Of a stretch of 64,000 nucleotides of DNA, positions 1-13,200 are shown one piece after another (the stretch's first letter is position 1; each line of letters opens with the position of its first letter). The position numbers and the translations under genes are program-made. The notes beneath the pieces were generated by a model. That model saw only the letters and a program-made list of their open reading frames with translations, ran no database searches and was not told the DNA's origin. The DNA comes from Tubulanus polymorphus (Eukaryota > Animalia > Nemertea): NCBI RefSeq assembly GCF_964204645.1, contig NC_134035.1, forward strand, positions 13,052,451 to 13,116,450, in the 5' to 3' direction.

Positions 1-189
1 TATGTCCTATATTTCCCAAAATCATATTTTATGTGAATTATTATCGCTATTATTGGATTCTTTCAATGATGTTTTGGTTCGATATTATGATTGATCAAGG
101 TGATCCATCTAAATCTATTTCATTGGTATAAATTATGAAATATTCATATCTGCAAACATTTCATTGATACTTCTAAACTAGTAATTCTA

Positions 190-600
190 AAAACACTCTA
201 AAAACTATTTTACCCGTATTTTTAAGACAATTGTAGAAAGTATTTTAAATTATCTCAATTTTAAAGTATCTATAATATTTAAAACTATTTTATCTGAATT
301 TTAAAAAGATTGAAGAAACTATTTTATATCTGAATTTTAAAACACCTGTGATATCTCAAAACTATTTTATGTGAATTTTAATCTATTAAAGAAACTATTT
401 TATATCTGAATTTTAAAATACCTATGATATCTAAAAACTATTTTATCTGAATTTTATACTATTTCATTTGTATGTATTTTATCTCAAAGTATCTTTTTAA
501 ACTATTTTATTTGTATATATCTAAAAAACTATTTTTTGTTGTTTATATTTGAAAACTATTTTATTTTTTATACTTAAAAACTATTTTATTTGTATATATT
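190..600. repeat. Degenerate AT-rich tandem repeat (AAAACTATTTTAT core)
   Basis: The motif aaaactatttt recurs about 9 times at 30-80 bp spacing. Confidence 0.7.
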
Positions 601-992
601 CCTTTTAGAACAATGATTTATTTGTATTTCAATACGAACTAAAAGATCAATTTAATGAAATATTTTATATATGACTATCACTGTGTATATTCGAACCCCA
701 GTGATTTCATGAGAATGGAATAACTGAAGGTCCAGGTTTTATCACCGAATACTCTTTGACACAATTACGTGGTCCACAACACAGATATGAATAGTGGTTA
801 TATAAAAGGCCCATGCTGTATATAGTGCACGCATAAAGAGCTTTTACTCATAGTTGATATAGGCTTAGTAAATATGAAATGTGATTGAGAACGTTTTCTC
901 ATACTTTCTTTACCTTTTTTCTTGTAGTTTTTTTTTCAATTTTTATTAAAGTAATTCAGTGAATTATCTACTCATTTTCAGTTGGTGTTTCA

Positions 993-1173
993 CTATCATG
1001 GAATGCGATGAATAAAAAACAGTCGGAGTGTATTTTTCATATGATATTTTCAGCGTCCCGTCGTATGAAATTTTTAATTTTTAATTTGATGTCATCTCAA
1101 GAAAATGTATGACTGAAAACATCATATGAAAAATACAGTCAGATTGTTTTTCATTTATCTCGTTCCATACAAT
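993..1173. mobile_element. Fold-back/MITE-like element
   Basis: About 60-bp imperfect terminal inverted repeats: ...tgtatttttcatatgatattttcag versus ctgaaaacatcatatgaaaaataca... Confidence 0.65.
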
Positions 1174-1174
1174 A

Positions 1175-1252
1175 CAGGACTCAGTTCCACAGTTTGATTT
1201 GGATACAAGAATTTAGATACATATTTGTTGCATAACTGTGGAACTGGGTCTT
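1175..1252. mobile_element. MITE family A, short diverged copy
   Basis: Ends caggactcagttccacagtt / aactgtggaactgggtcttg match the copies at 54849 and 62016. Confidence 0.6.
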
Positions 1253-1639
1253 GTTAAATTGTGAGCATGATGTTTATGATTAATCACTAGTGCGTTTGAA
1301 ACTAGATATTAAAACTTTGGTTTCAAGTTAACCTTAGTTTAGATTAGTTGGTTTTTGTTTAGTTATTTTAGTAATTTTCGCTGTTTATGAATTTGATTCG
1401 TTCCAGTTGATTTAAGTCTAATTTAGTTAAAGTTTTAGTTCATTTAGGTCAAGTTGATTAAGTTTTAACTATAGCTGTTAACTTAAATAAAGTGTAAACC
1501 TCTGATAAACTGAGGGTCAATTTATCTTATGATAAGTTACACTCGGGTATATTAATCAATAATGTCGTTTAAGATCTCCTTTTTTTATGTGGTTCGGAGA
1601 TTTTCACTGAATAAAATAGTAACATCTTCTTAGAATGTG

Positions 1640-1997
1640 ATGAACTGAGGGTAAATTCATCATTGTTGAAATTACTCTCAGGATCATCATTAAAACAATG
1701 AATGAACTGAGGGTATATTTCATCATTGTTGAAATTACTCTCAGGATCATCATTAAAACAATGAATGAACTGAGGGTAAATTCATCATTGTTGAAATAAG
1801 TCTCAGGATCATCATTAAAACAATGAATGAACTGAGGGTAAATTCATCATTGTTGAAATCACTCTCAGGATCATCATTAAAACAATGAATGAACTGAGGG
1901 TAAATTCATCATTGTTGAAATCACTCTCAGGATCATCATTAAAACAATGAATGAACTGAGGGTAAATTCATCATTGTTGAAATTACTCTCAGTTCAT
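1640..1997. repeat. ~61-bp tandem repeat, about 6 copies
   Basis: Unit tgaactgagggtaaattcatcattgttgaaattactctcaggatcatcattaaaacaatgaa, with an internal inverted pair CTGAGGGTAA/TTACTCTCAG. Confidence 0.9.
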
Positions 1998-2929
1998 TGA
2001 GGATATTTTAGCGTTAACACCAGTTTTAATTACCCCCCCTGTTTCTTGTTATTGAAAGTAACATCACTAGTTATAGAATAGATGATTAGGTTTTTTATTG
2101 TTCGATGAACTTGCAGTTAATTAGATTGATTAATAATACAATATTCTCAGGTCATTGAAACATAATCTTTAATGTTATCTTAATTTTAGGGATCTAGGGT
2201 TTTACGCTGAAATAGATTATAAATTAATGAAACAATGGAATTTTAAATCAGTATTTTTTCGTTACTGTCAGAGAACTTTTATTTAATTTTTAGGCTTTTC
2301 ACTTTTTGGTGTCTCTAGATTCTAGTTTTTTTCTAAAATATTGTTGAAATTTTGTTGTGTTTTTTAATCGATTTTAAGCTTAAGTCCCAGCAGGCTAGTG
2401 TATTCGCTTTTTATCCATTGTTCGACTGGCAGAATAGTATCAAGATGGCTGACTGGTAGCCATTCTTGTTGGGCACTTTTACACAGTTTAGAAGTTTTTA
2501 AGGGAGGTTTCAAAGATTTCTCCAACATTTGATGTTTGATACCGATATTTATCCCCCATCATTATTATAAATATTGGGTTGCTTTAACTTACAGTCATGA
2601 TGTTTGATAATTGTTAGCATTGTCATAGGACACCACTTACATGGAATCATTCTTACCCCATTTTCTATTCTACCCATCAGAGGTATTGAATTCATACAAA
2701 TTTTCCATGAGTTTTGGTATTCATGCATATAACCGCAATCAATTGCATATTTGTAGCATTGGTTTTTGTTATGTTTACCGGGGGGGGGGGGGGGGGGGGC
2801 ATTAAATATCTAAATTGTCAGATTGTCAAGCATTTCACCGAGTGGGCATGGTGTCCCTGCACCTCTAGTTTATATCTTATTTCACTGCTTTCAAGGTTCT
2901 CGTACACATTTCATATTTACATGCAGCTT

Positions 2930-3320
2930 TTTCATTCAATATATATCAATGCCATCCTCGCTTGCCAGGTTTTAATTGTCGTCTGCCGAAGCTCATGCCA
3001 AGACAAACCCCGGTTGCAAACTCTTCATTGGTCTATTACGTTGTTCAAGATTGCTTGGGTAGTCAGGTTGCCACTGAGAGGCCACCAGTCTATATATCTA
3101 GCCAATCAGATGCATTGTTTTTCGCCGGCAGATTTGCTACACATCTGATTGACTAGATGTAAAGACTAGTAGCCGCTTAGCATCAACCCGTCAACCGAAG
3201 ATATCTTGGACAACGTAAGATACCAATTAAGGGTTTGCCACCAGGGTTTGTTTAAGCGTGAAATTCGGTGGGCGACAATAAAACCCTGGTGATTGAGGAT
3301 GTATCGATGTACATATGAAC
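2930..3320. repeat. Long diverged palindrome (fold-back element)
   Basis: 2930-3113 aligns with the reverse complement of 3142-3320, e.g. agtctatatatctagccaatcagatg / catctgattgactagatgtaaagact. Confidence 0.75.
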
Positions 3321-4216
3321 ACACAAGAAGCCAAACATAATAGGCGGCATTATTATTGGGAGGTGCACCTGGCCTAATATATCGCGCGGTAAAAACCACT
3401 CTATCTGTGGTTGTGTAGTACCAGTAATTGATGATCATCGAGTGAGTGATTGGCCTGGCCCAGTTATTCCATTCTGAAATCACTTGGGTTCCGATTATGA
3501 TTGACAAATAATATAAAATATTTCATCAAATTGATCGACACATTTTATCCGTACTTGTACATGTAAATTTATGAATAGCTTTTTATTTGTATATATTATT
3601 ATTTGTATATATTATATTTCTTTTTAGATTTTTTTTATTGATTCTGATTTCTACTTGTAAATATTTTTAGATATTAAGATTTTAGAACTTAAGATTTTAA
3701 TGATTATTTAAACATTTCAAATATAATCTTAAATTTTTAATTTTCTAAACTTCATAATATCTATACATCAAATCTATTTGAGTACAAATTTTGATAAAGA
3801 TTTAATTGATAATTAATATTCAAATAATTCTATTGAATAATTTTAATATTCAAAACAACAGAATGAATGCATTCAATCTTAGTTTGATACTGATATTGAT
3901 ACTGATCTATTGTTTTAACGAGATTTTAACCTATAAGTTTGGAGCATTGATATTATTTCATTGCATTAGTCCCGCCTCCTCATTTATGGCTGATGGTTGA
4001 TTTCAGATTTTCAGCTTCAGATAACATTAATATTAATTCAATGCTACGTTATGTTTTGTTGTTTTATTTCTTACGAACGTTTTCAAAGATGACTTTTTGT
4101 CGAATTGATATTTGGTAGTGCAGAGGTTGAGATAATTATACAATTTTATAGAATTGTCTAAAATACTGTACCTAGTAACATATAAGTAGTATTGCTAGTG
4201 TACCTCTATTTTCAAG

Positions 4217-4430
4217 TTGTCCTGTGGTACGACGTTAAACTGCCTCATTTTAACAGTACGTTTTATCCATACATTTTATCAGTGATTTTTATCTATTTGT
4301 CCTGTGGTATGACGTTAAACTGCCTCATTTTAACAATACGTTTTATCCATACATTTTATCAGTGATTTTTATCTATTTGTCCTGTGGTATGACGTTAAAC
4401 TGCCTCTTTTTAACCGTTTTTATCCATATG
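4217..4430. repeat. 80-bp tandem repeat, about 2.7 copies
   Basis: gtcctgtggta occurs at 4219, 4299 and 4379. Confidence 0.85.
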
Positions 4431-4469
4431 TTTTATTGTTTTTACCCATATGTTTTATTGTTTTTATCG

Positions 4470-4985
4470 CCCCTTCTTTTTCTACCTTTCTCTATCCTAT
4501 CCCTCTCTGTCTCTATCCTATCCCTCCCTGTCTCTATCCTTTCCCTCTCTGTCTCTATCCTTTCCCTCTCTCTATCCTTTCCCTCTCTCTCTCTAACCCA
4601 CTAACTCTCTTCCTCTTTCTCTAACCCACTAACTCTCTCCCTCTTTCTCTAACCCACTAACTCTCTCTTCCTCTTTCTTTAACCCACTAACTCTCTCCTC
4701 TCTCTCCTTTCTTCCTATCACCCCTCTCCTTCATCCTTCCTCCTCTCTCCCTCCTCTCTCTCTCCTCACTCTCCTCTCTCTCTCTCTTTCGCTCTCTTTC
4801 TCTCTATCTTGTAAATATTGTAAATTTGTAAATAGTAGTTTTTATTTCTCTTGTAAATATTGTAAATTTGTAAATAGTAGTTTTTATTTCTCTTGTAAAT
4901 ATTGTAAATTTGTAAATAGTCGTTTTTATTTCTCTTTTTAATTTTCTTGTAGATATTGTAAATTTGTAGATAGTAGTTTGTTTTT
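4470..4985. repeat. CT-rich micro/minisatellite followed by a 42-bp AT-rich repeat
   Basis: Polypyrimidine tract at 4470-4808, then cttgtaaatattgtaaatttgtaaatagtagtttttatttct about 4 times. Confidence 0.85.
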
Positions 4986-5359
4986 TTCTTTTTTCATAAT
5001 TTTCATCGGATCTCACTTTATTCAATACAACAGAATGAATGCATTCAATCTTGGTTTCAAACTATTACTTTTCACTTTTCACATACATTCGTAGCATTGA
5101 TACCATTACATTAGATAAGTCCCTCCTCCTTTTGAATTAATATTTGAGAGAAGACTCGTTAAGCATATAGTAATAAGCGTTTTACATCGAAGACATTTTG
5201 CCACAGGCTGAAGAGCATTTTATATCATATGTCAAGAAATAGGGATTGGATTGACGTTGCTTCCTGTGATCTCTGATCTGTTAAGCTTGTTAACTATCAC
5301 TTGTTTGTAAATGATTGAGTGTACTTTACCATTACTGGTATGCAATATGCTTTAGCATC

Positions 5360-6130
5360 ATTGGTTGCAGTTATGAAAAATCATCTCATTGATTGTGCAT
5401 ACCTACCCCTCACTGGTTGCAGTTCACTCCATTGGTTGCAGCTATGAACAATCATCTCATTGATTGTGCATACTTCCCCCTCACTGGTTGTCACTTCATT
5501 GATTGCAGCTATGAACAATCATCCCATTGATTGTGCATACTTCCCCCTCACTGGTTGTCACTTCATTGGTTGCAGCTGAACAATCATCTCAATGATTGAG
5601 CGTATTTCCCCTCACTGGTTTGAAATATAATTTCCTCTCACTGGTTGCAGTTCACTCCATTGGTTGCAGCTGAACAATCATCTCAATGATTGAGCTAATT
5701 TCCCCTCACTGGTTTGAAATATAATTCCCCCTCACTGGTTGCAGTTCTCTCCATTGGTTGCAGCTATGAACAATCATCTCATTGATTGTGCATACTTTCC
5801 CCTCACTGGTTGCATTTCACTCCATTGGTTGCAACTATGAACAATCATCTCATTGATTGTGCATATTTTCCTCTCACTGGTTGCAGTTCACTTGATTGGT
5901 TGCAGCTATGAACAATCATCTCATTGATTGTGCATACTTTCCCCTCACTGGTTGCAGTTCACTCCATTGGTTGCAGCTATGAACAATCATCTCATTGATT
6001 GTGCAGACTTTCCCCTCACTGGTTGCAGTTCACTCCATTGGTTGCAGCATGGACTCTAAAACGTTTTAGAGTCCATGGTTGCAGCTATGAACAATCATCT
6101 CATCGATTGTGCATACTTCCTCTCACTGCT
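5360..6130. repeat. ~71-bp tandem repeat, about 11 copies
   Basis: Unit ccattggttgcagctatgaacaatcatctcattgattgtgcatactttcccctcactggttgcagttcact. Confidence 0.9.
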
Positions 6131-7077
6131 GGTTTGCGGTTTTCAGTTTACATGATGTGTTTGATGATGATAAATGCTGGTTTTATCATTGGCTCTACGC
6201 GAACAGTTATCAAAATGTTGGAAGCCTTTGCCAGACGTTTTGTGGGTTCGATCTCTCTAAGAAAAAGCTAAAAGGGATAAGGGTTTCAATTTGGAATACA
6301 GTTTGTCTCCTCCAGCTACAAACGTCCATAGTCTAGAATAAACTGATTTGCATTTGTAAAAAATCTTTGATAGGTGTATCGCTACATTTCCTACTAGACT
6401 CCTCTCTCTCATCACGAAATATGAATTACTGCCAAATCAATTGGTGGTAATGAAAGTAAATTGTTACAAACTGCAAGTGGGTGTCTTGAAACAATGATAC
6501 ATGTAATGAAACATTGATAGATGTACTGATCTTGTGGTTTGTTCTACCTCCTTCCTCTGCTACGAGGTGATATATCGTGCCATTTTTATATACAATATCA
6601 AAATCATAGACAATTAAAATCTTGTGGTGGCATGGCATATCAAATACAGAAGATACTCCGTTATTCTCCTTTAAAAATGGCAAATACTGTTGTTTGCTAC
6701 TACGGCAAATACTGTTGTTTGCTACTGCATGTTGCTCATTCCACTCTGTTCTAGGGGTGATATTGAGTTTTGGAGTCTCTTCTCCTTCCCTTGCCTTCTT
6801 GAATTGTTAAATAGATGTGATTTACAATACTGATTACTTCCTTATTTGAAAACTACATGTTGCTGATGCTTGCTATCATTCAACTCTTGTTTTGGTTGTG
6901 ATATTGAGTTTTAATTGTTGTGTTTAGGTGTACATGCCTCCTCTCCTCTCTCTCCTCTCTCATCAACAATCAAATAAGACACGTATTGTTTGAATACCTT
7001 TAGTTTTTTGCTGTGGTTTCCTCAATAGAAAAGTTTGAAATTGCTCATTGAATGCAGCGCATTTCAAACTATGGATC

Positions 7078-7270
7078 AATTACTGCTAAATCAATTGATG
7101 GTGATGAAAGTTAAGTGTTACAAAACACTGTGGGTAAATTACTGCTAAATCAATCGGTAGTGATGAAAGTAAAGTGTTACAAAACACTGTGGGTAAATTA
7201 CTGGTAAAGCAATCGGTGGTGATGAAAGTTAAGTGTTAGAAACACTGTGGGTAAATTACTGCTAAATCAT
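7078..7270. repeat. ~59-bp tandem repeat, about 3 copies
   Basis: Unit aattactgctaaatcaat...gtgatgaaagttaagtgttacaaaacactgtgggta; single copies also occur near 6424 and 16946. Confidence 0.85.
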
Positions 7271-10200
7271 AACTGATGACCACCTTTAATGCTTGCTGCT
7301 GGGTGTTAATTGATACACTCTGTTTTGGGGTGATATTGAGTGCAGGACACTCCTCCTTCCTGCTTCAACTGTCATGTAGAAACGTGACAAAGGAACTGAA
7401 TTGTCAGTGTGTTACAACACTGATGACCTCCTTTAATACTGCTGCTTGCTGCTGGGTGTTAATTCTTACCACCTTCCATGAACTTCTTGAATTATTACAT
7501 TAAACATTATTACAATAAGAATTATTACATTAAACATTATAACATCATGAATCATCCTCCTTAAATACTGCTGCTTGCTGCTGGCTCTGTTTTGGGGTGA
7601 TATTGATCGCAGGAGTCTTCTCCTTCCTTCTTCAACTGTCATGTAGAAACGTGACAAACGAACTGAATTGTCAGTGCGTTACAACACTGATGACCTCCTT
7701 TAATACTGCTGCTTGCTGCTGGCTCTGTTTTGGGGTGATATTGATCGCAGGAGTCTTCTCCTTCCTTCTTCAACTGTCATGTAGAAACGTGACAAACGAA
7801 CTGAATTGTCAGTGTGTTACAACACTGATGACCTCCTTTAATACTGCTGCTTGCTGCTGGGTGTTAATTCTTACCACCTTCCATGAACTTCTTGAATTAT
7901 TACATTAAACATTATTACAATAAGAATTATTACATTAAACATTATAACATCATGAATCATCCTCCTTAAATACTGCTGCTTGCTGCTGGCTCTGTTTTGG
8001 GGTGATATTGATCGCAGGAGTCTTCTCCTTCCTTCTTCAACTGTCATGTAGAAACGTGACAAAGGAACTGAATTGTCAGTGCGTTACAACACTGATGACC
8101 TCCTTTAATACTGCTGCTTGCTGCTGGCTCTGTTTTGGGGTGATATTGATCGCAGGAGTCTTCTCCTTCCTTCTTCAACTGTCATGTAGAAACGTGACAA
8201 AGGAACTGAATTGTCAGTGCGTTACAACACTGATGGCCTCCTTTAATACTGCTGCTTGCTGGTGGTGTTAATTCTTACCACCTTCCATGAACTTCTTGAA
8301 TTATTACATTAAACATTATTACAATAAGAATTATTACATCAAACATTATAGCATCATGAATCATCCTCCTTAAATACTGCTGCTTACTGCTGGCTCTGTT
8401 TTGGGGTGATATTGATCGCAGGAGTCTTCTCCTCCCTTCTTCAACTGTCATGTAGAAACGTGACAAACAAACTGAATTGTCAGTGCGTTACAACACTGAT
8501 GACCTCCTTTAATACTGCTGCTTGGTGCTGGGTGTTAATTAATACATTCTGTTTTGGGGTGATATTGAGTTCAGGAGTCTCCTCCTTCCTTCTTCAACTG
8601 TCATGTAGAAACGTGACTAACAAACTGAATTGTCAGTGTGTTACAGCACTGATGACCTCCCTTAATACTGCTGCTTGCTGCTGGGTGTTAATAAATACAC
8701 TCTGTTCAGGGGTGATATTGAGTGCAGGAGTCTCCTCCTTCCTTCTTCAATTGTCATGTAGAAACGTGACTAACAAACTGAATTGTCAGTGTGTTACATC
8801 ACTGATGACCTCCCTTAATACTGCTGCTTGCTGCTGGGTGTTAATAAATACACTCTGTTCAGGGGTGATATTGAGTGCAGGAGTCTCCTCCTTCCTTCTT
8901 CAACTGTCATGTAGAAATGTGACAAACCAACTGAATTTTCAGTGTGGTACAACACTGATGACCTCCTTAAATACTGCTGCTTGCTGCTGCGTGTTAATTG
9001 ATACACTCTGTTATGGGGTGATATTGAGTTTTGGTGAGTTTTGCTCCCTGATCATCTTTATTGCGACTTTACGTTTTAAATGTAAAAATATTCAAAGCAG
9101 CTATCCATCGATAGCTTTGTGGTGGTTGAATCATTGAAATGTCGCTGGTGTTGGTACATTGTATATATTGTAATATATGTCGGTGAAATGGGATTGATCA
9201 TGTTTCCTGATGATCCTTATTGCGACTTTACGTTTTAAATGTATAAATATTCAAAACAGCTATCCATCGATAGCTTTGTGGTGGTTGAATCATTGAAATG
9301 TCACTGGTGTTGGTACATTGTATATATTGTAATATATGTCGGTGAAATGGGATTGATCATGTTTCCTGATCGTCCTTATTGCGACTTTACGTTTTAAATG
9401 TATAAATATTCAAAACAGCTATCCATCGATAGCTTTGTGGTGGTTGAATCATTGAAATGTCACTGGTGTTGGTACATTGTATATATTGTAATATATGTCG
9501 GTGAAATTGGATTGATCATGTTTTGTGATCGTCCTTTTTGCGACTTTACGTTTTAAATGTATAAATATTCAAAACAGCTATCCATCGATAGCTTTGTGGT
9601 GGTTGAATCATTGAAATGTCACTGGTGTTGGTACATTGTATATATTGTAATATATGTCGGTGAAATGGGATTGATCATGTTTCCTGATCGTCCTTATTGC
9701 GACTTTACGTTTTAAATGTATAAATATTCAAAACAGCTATCCATCGATAGCTTTGTGGTGGTTGAATCATTGAAATGTCACTGGTGTTGGTACATTGTAT
9801 ATATTGTAATATATGTCAGTGAAATTGGATTGATCATGTTTTGTGATCATCCTTATTGCGACTTAACGTTTTAAATGTATAAATATTCAAAATAGCTATC
9901 CATCGATAGCTTTGTGGTGGTTGAATCATTGAAATGTCGCTGGTGTTGGTACATTGTATAGATTGTAATATATGTCGGTGAAATGGGATTGATCATGTTT
10001 TGTGATCATCCTTATTGCGACTTAACGTTTTAAATGTATAGATATTCAAAATAGCTATCCATCGATAGCTTTGTGGTGGTTGAATCTTTGAAATGTCGCT
10101 GGTGTTGGTACATTGTATAGATTGTAATATATGTCGGTGAAATGGGATTGATCATGTTTTGTGATCATCCTTATTGCGACTTTACGTTTTAAATGTATAA

Positions 10201-13200
10201 ATATTCAAAACAGCTATCCATCGATAGCTTTGTGGTGGTTGAATCTTTGAAATGTCGCTGGTGTTGGTACATTGTATAGATTGTAATATATGTCGGTGAA
10301 ATGGGATTGATCATGTTTTGTGATCATCCTTATAACGACTTAACTTTTTAAATGTATAAATATCCAAAACAGCTATCGATCGATAGCTTTGTGGTGGTTG
10401 AATCTTTGAAATGTCGCTGGTGTTGGTACATTGTATAGATTGTAATATATGTCGGTGAAATGGGATTGATCATGTTTTGTGATCATCCTTATTGCGACTT
10501 TACGTTTTAAATGTATAAATATTCAAAACAGCTATCCATCGATAGCTTTGTGGTGGTTGAATCATTGAAATAATGCTGGTGTTGGTTCTCTGTGTATACT
10601 GTATCAGCAAATATTATCACATTACGCATTTTAAAAGTGTTATACTCAAAGATGCTATATTTTGATAGCTTCACTTTGGTTCCTTGCAACTGAAGGTTGT
10701 TAACTGTCATATAGAAACGTGACAAACAAACTGATTTGTCAGTGTGTTACATCACTGATGACCACCTTTAATACTGCTGCTTGCTGCTGGGTGTTAATTG
10801 ATACACTCTGTTTTGGGGTGAGTCTCCTCCTTCCTTCTTCAACTGTCATGTAGAAACGTGACAAACAAACTGATTTGTCAGTGTGTTACATCACTGATGA
10901 CCACCTTTAATACTGCTGCTTGCTGCTGGGTGTTAATTGACACACTCTGTTTTGGGGTGAGTTTCCTCCTTCCTTCTTCAACAGTCATGTAGAAACATGA
11001 CAAACAAACTGAATTGTCAGTGTGTTACAACACTGATGACCTCCTTTAATACTGCTGCTTGCTGCTGCGTGTTAATTAATACACTCTGTTTTGGGGTAAT
11101 ATTGAGTTCAAGAGTGTCCTCTTTCCTTCTTCAACTGTCATGTAGAAACGTGACAAAGGAACTGAATTGTCAGTGCGTTACATCACTGATGACCTCCTTT
11201 AATACTGCTGCTTGCTGCTGGGTGTAAATTCTTACCACCTTCCATGAACTTCTTGAATTATTACATTAAACATTATTACAATAAGAATTATTACATTAAA
11301 CATTATAACATCATGAATCATCCTCCTTAAATACTGCTGCTTGCTGCTGCCTCTGTTTTGGGGTGATATTGAGTTCAGGAGTCTCCTACTTCCTTCTTCA
11401 ACTGTCATGTAGAAACGTGACAAACGAACTGAATTATCAGTGTGGTACAACACTGATGACCTCCTTTAATACTGCTGCTTGCTGCTGGGTGTTAATTGAT
11501 ACACTCTGTTTTGGGGTGATATTGAGTTCAGGAGTCTCCTGCTTCCTTCTTCAATTGTCATGTAGAAACGTGACAAACGAACTGAATTGTCAGTGCGTTA
11601 CAACACTGATGGGCTTCTTTAATACTGCTGCTTGCTGCTGGGTGTTAATTCTTACCACCTTCCATGAACTTCTTGAATTATTACATTAAACATTATTACA
11701 ATAAGAATTATTACAATAAACATTATAACATCATGAATCATCCTCCTTAAATACTGCTGCTTGCTGCTGGCTCTGTTTTGGGGTGATATTGAGTTCAGGA
11801 GTCTCCTCCTTCCTTCTTCAACTGTCATGTAGAAACATGACAAACGAACTGAATTGTCAGTGCGTTACAACACTGATGACCTCCTTTAATACTGCTGCTT
11901 TGTGCTGGGTGTTAATTAATACACTCTGTTTTGGGGTGATATTGAGTTCAGGAGTCTCCTCCTTCCTTCTTCAACTGTCATGTAGAAACATGACAAACGA
12001 ACTGAATTGTCAGTGCGTTACAACACTGATGACCTCCTTTAATACTGCTGCTTTGTGCTGGGTGTTAATTAATACACTCTGTTTTGGGGTGAAATTGAGT
12101 TCAGGAGTCTCCTCCTTCCTTCTTCAACTGTCATGTAGAAACGTGACTAACAAACTGAATTGTCAGTGCGTTACAACACTGATGACCTGCTTTAATACTG
12201 CTGCTTTGTGCTGGGTGTTAATTAATACACTCTGTTTTGGGGTGATATTGAGTACAGGAGTCTCCTCCTTCCTTCTTCAACTGTCATGTAGAAACGTGAC
12301 AAGCAAACTGAATTGTCAGTGTGTTACAGCACTGATGACCTCCCTTAATACTGCTGCTTGCTGCAGCGTGTTAATAAATACACTCTGTTCAGGGGTGATA
12401 TTGAGTGCAGGAGTCTCCTCCTTCCTTCTTCAACTGTCATGTAGAAACGTGACAAACAAACTGAATTTTCAGTGTGGTACAACACTGATGACCTCCTTAA
12501 ATACTGCTGCTTGCTGCTGCGTGTTAATTAATACACTGTGTTATGGGGTGATATTGAGTTTTGGTGAGTTTTGCTCCCTGATCATCTTTATTGCGACTTT
12601 ACATTTTAAATGTATAAATTTTCAAAACAGCTATCCATCGATAGCTTTGTGGTGGTTGAATCATTGAAATGTCACTGGTGTTGGTACATTGTATATATTG
12701 TAATATATGTCGGTGAAATGGGATTGATCATGTTTCCTGATCATCCTTATTGCGACTTTACGTTTTAAATGTATAAATATTCAAAACAGCTATCCATCGA
12801 TAGCTTTGTGGTGGTTGAATCATTGAAATGTTACTGGTGTTGGTACATTGTATATATTGTAATATATGTCGGTGAAATGGGATTGATCATGTTTCCTGAT
12901 CATCCTTATTGCGACTTTACGTTTTAGACGTATAAATATTCAAAACAGCTATCCATCGATAGCTTTGTGGTGGTTGAATCTTTGAAATGTCGCTGGTGTT
13001 GGTACATTGTATAGATTGTAATATATGTCGGTGAAATGGGATTGATCATGTTTTGTGATCATCCTTATTGCGACTTAACGTTTTAAATGTATAAATATTC
13101 AAAACAGCTATCCATCGATAGCTTTGTGGTGGTTGAATCTTTGAAATGTCGCTGGTGTTGGTACATTGTATAGATTGTAATATATGTCGGTGAAATGGGA

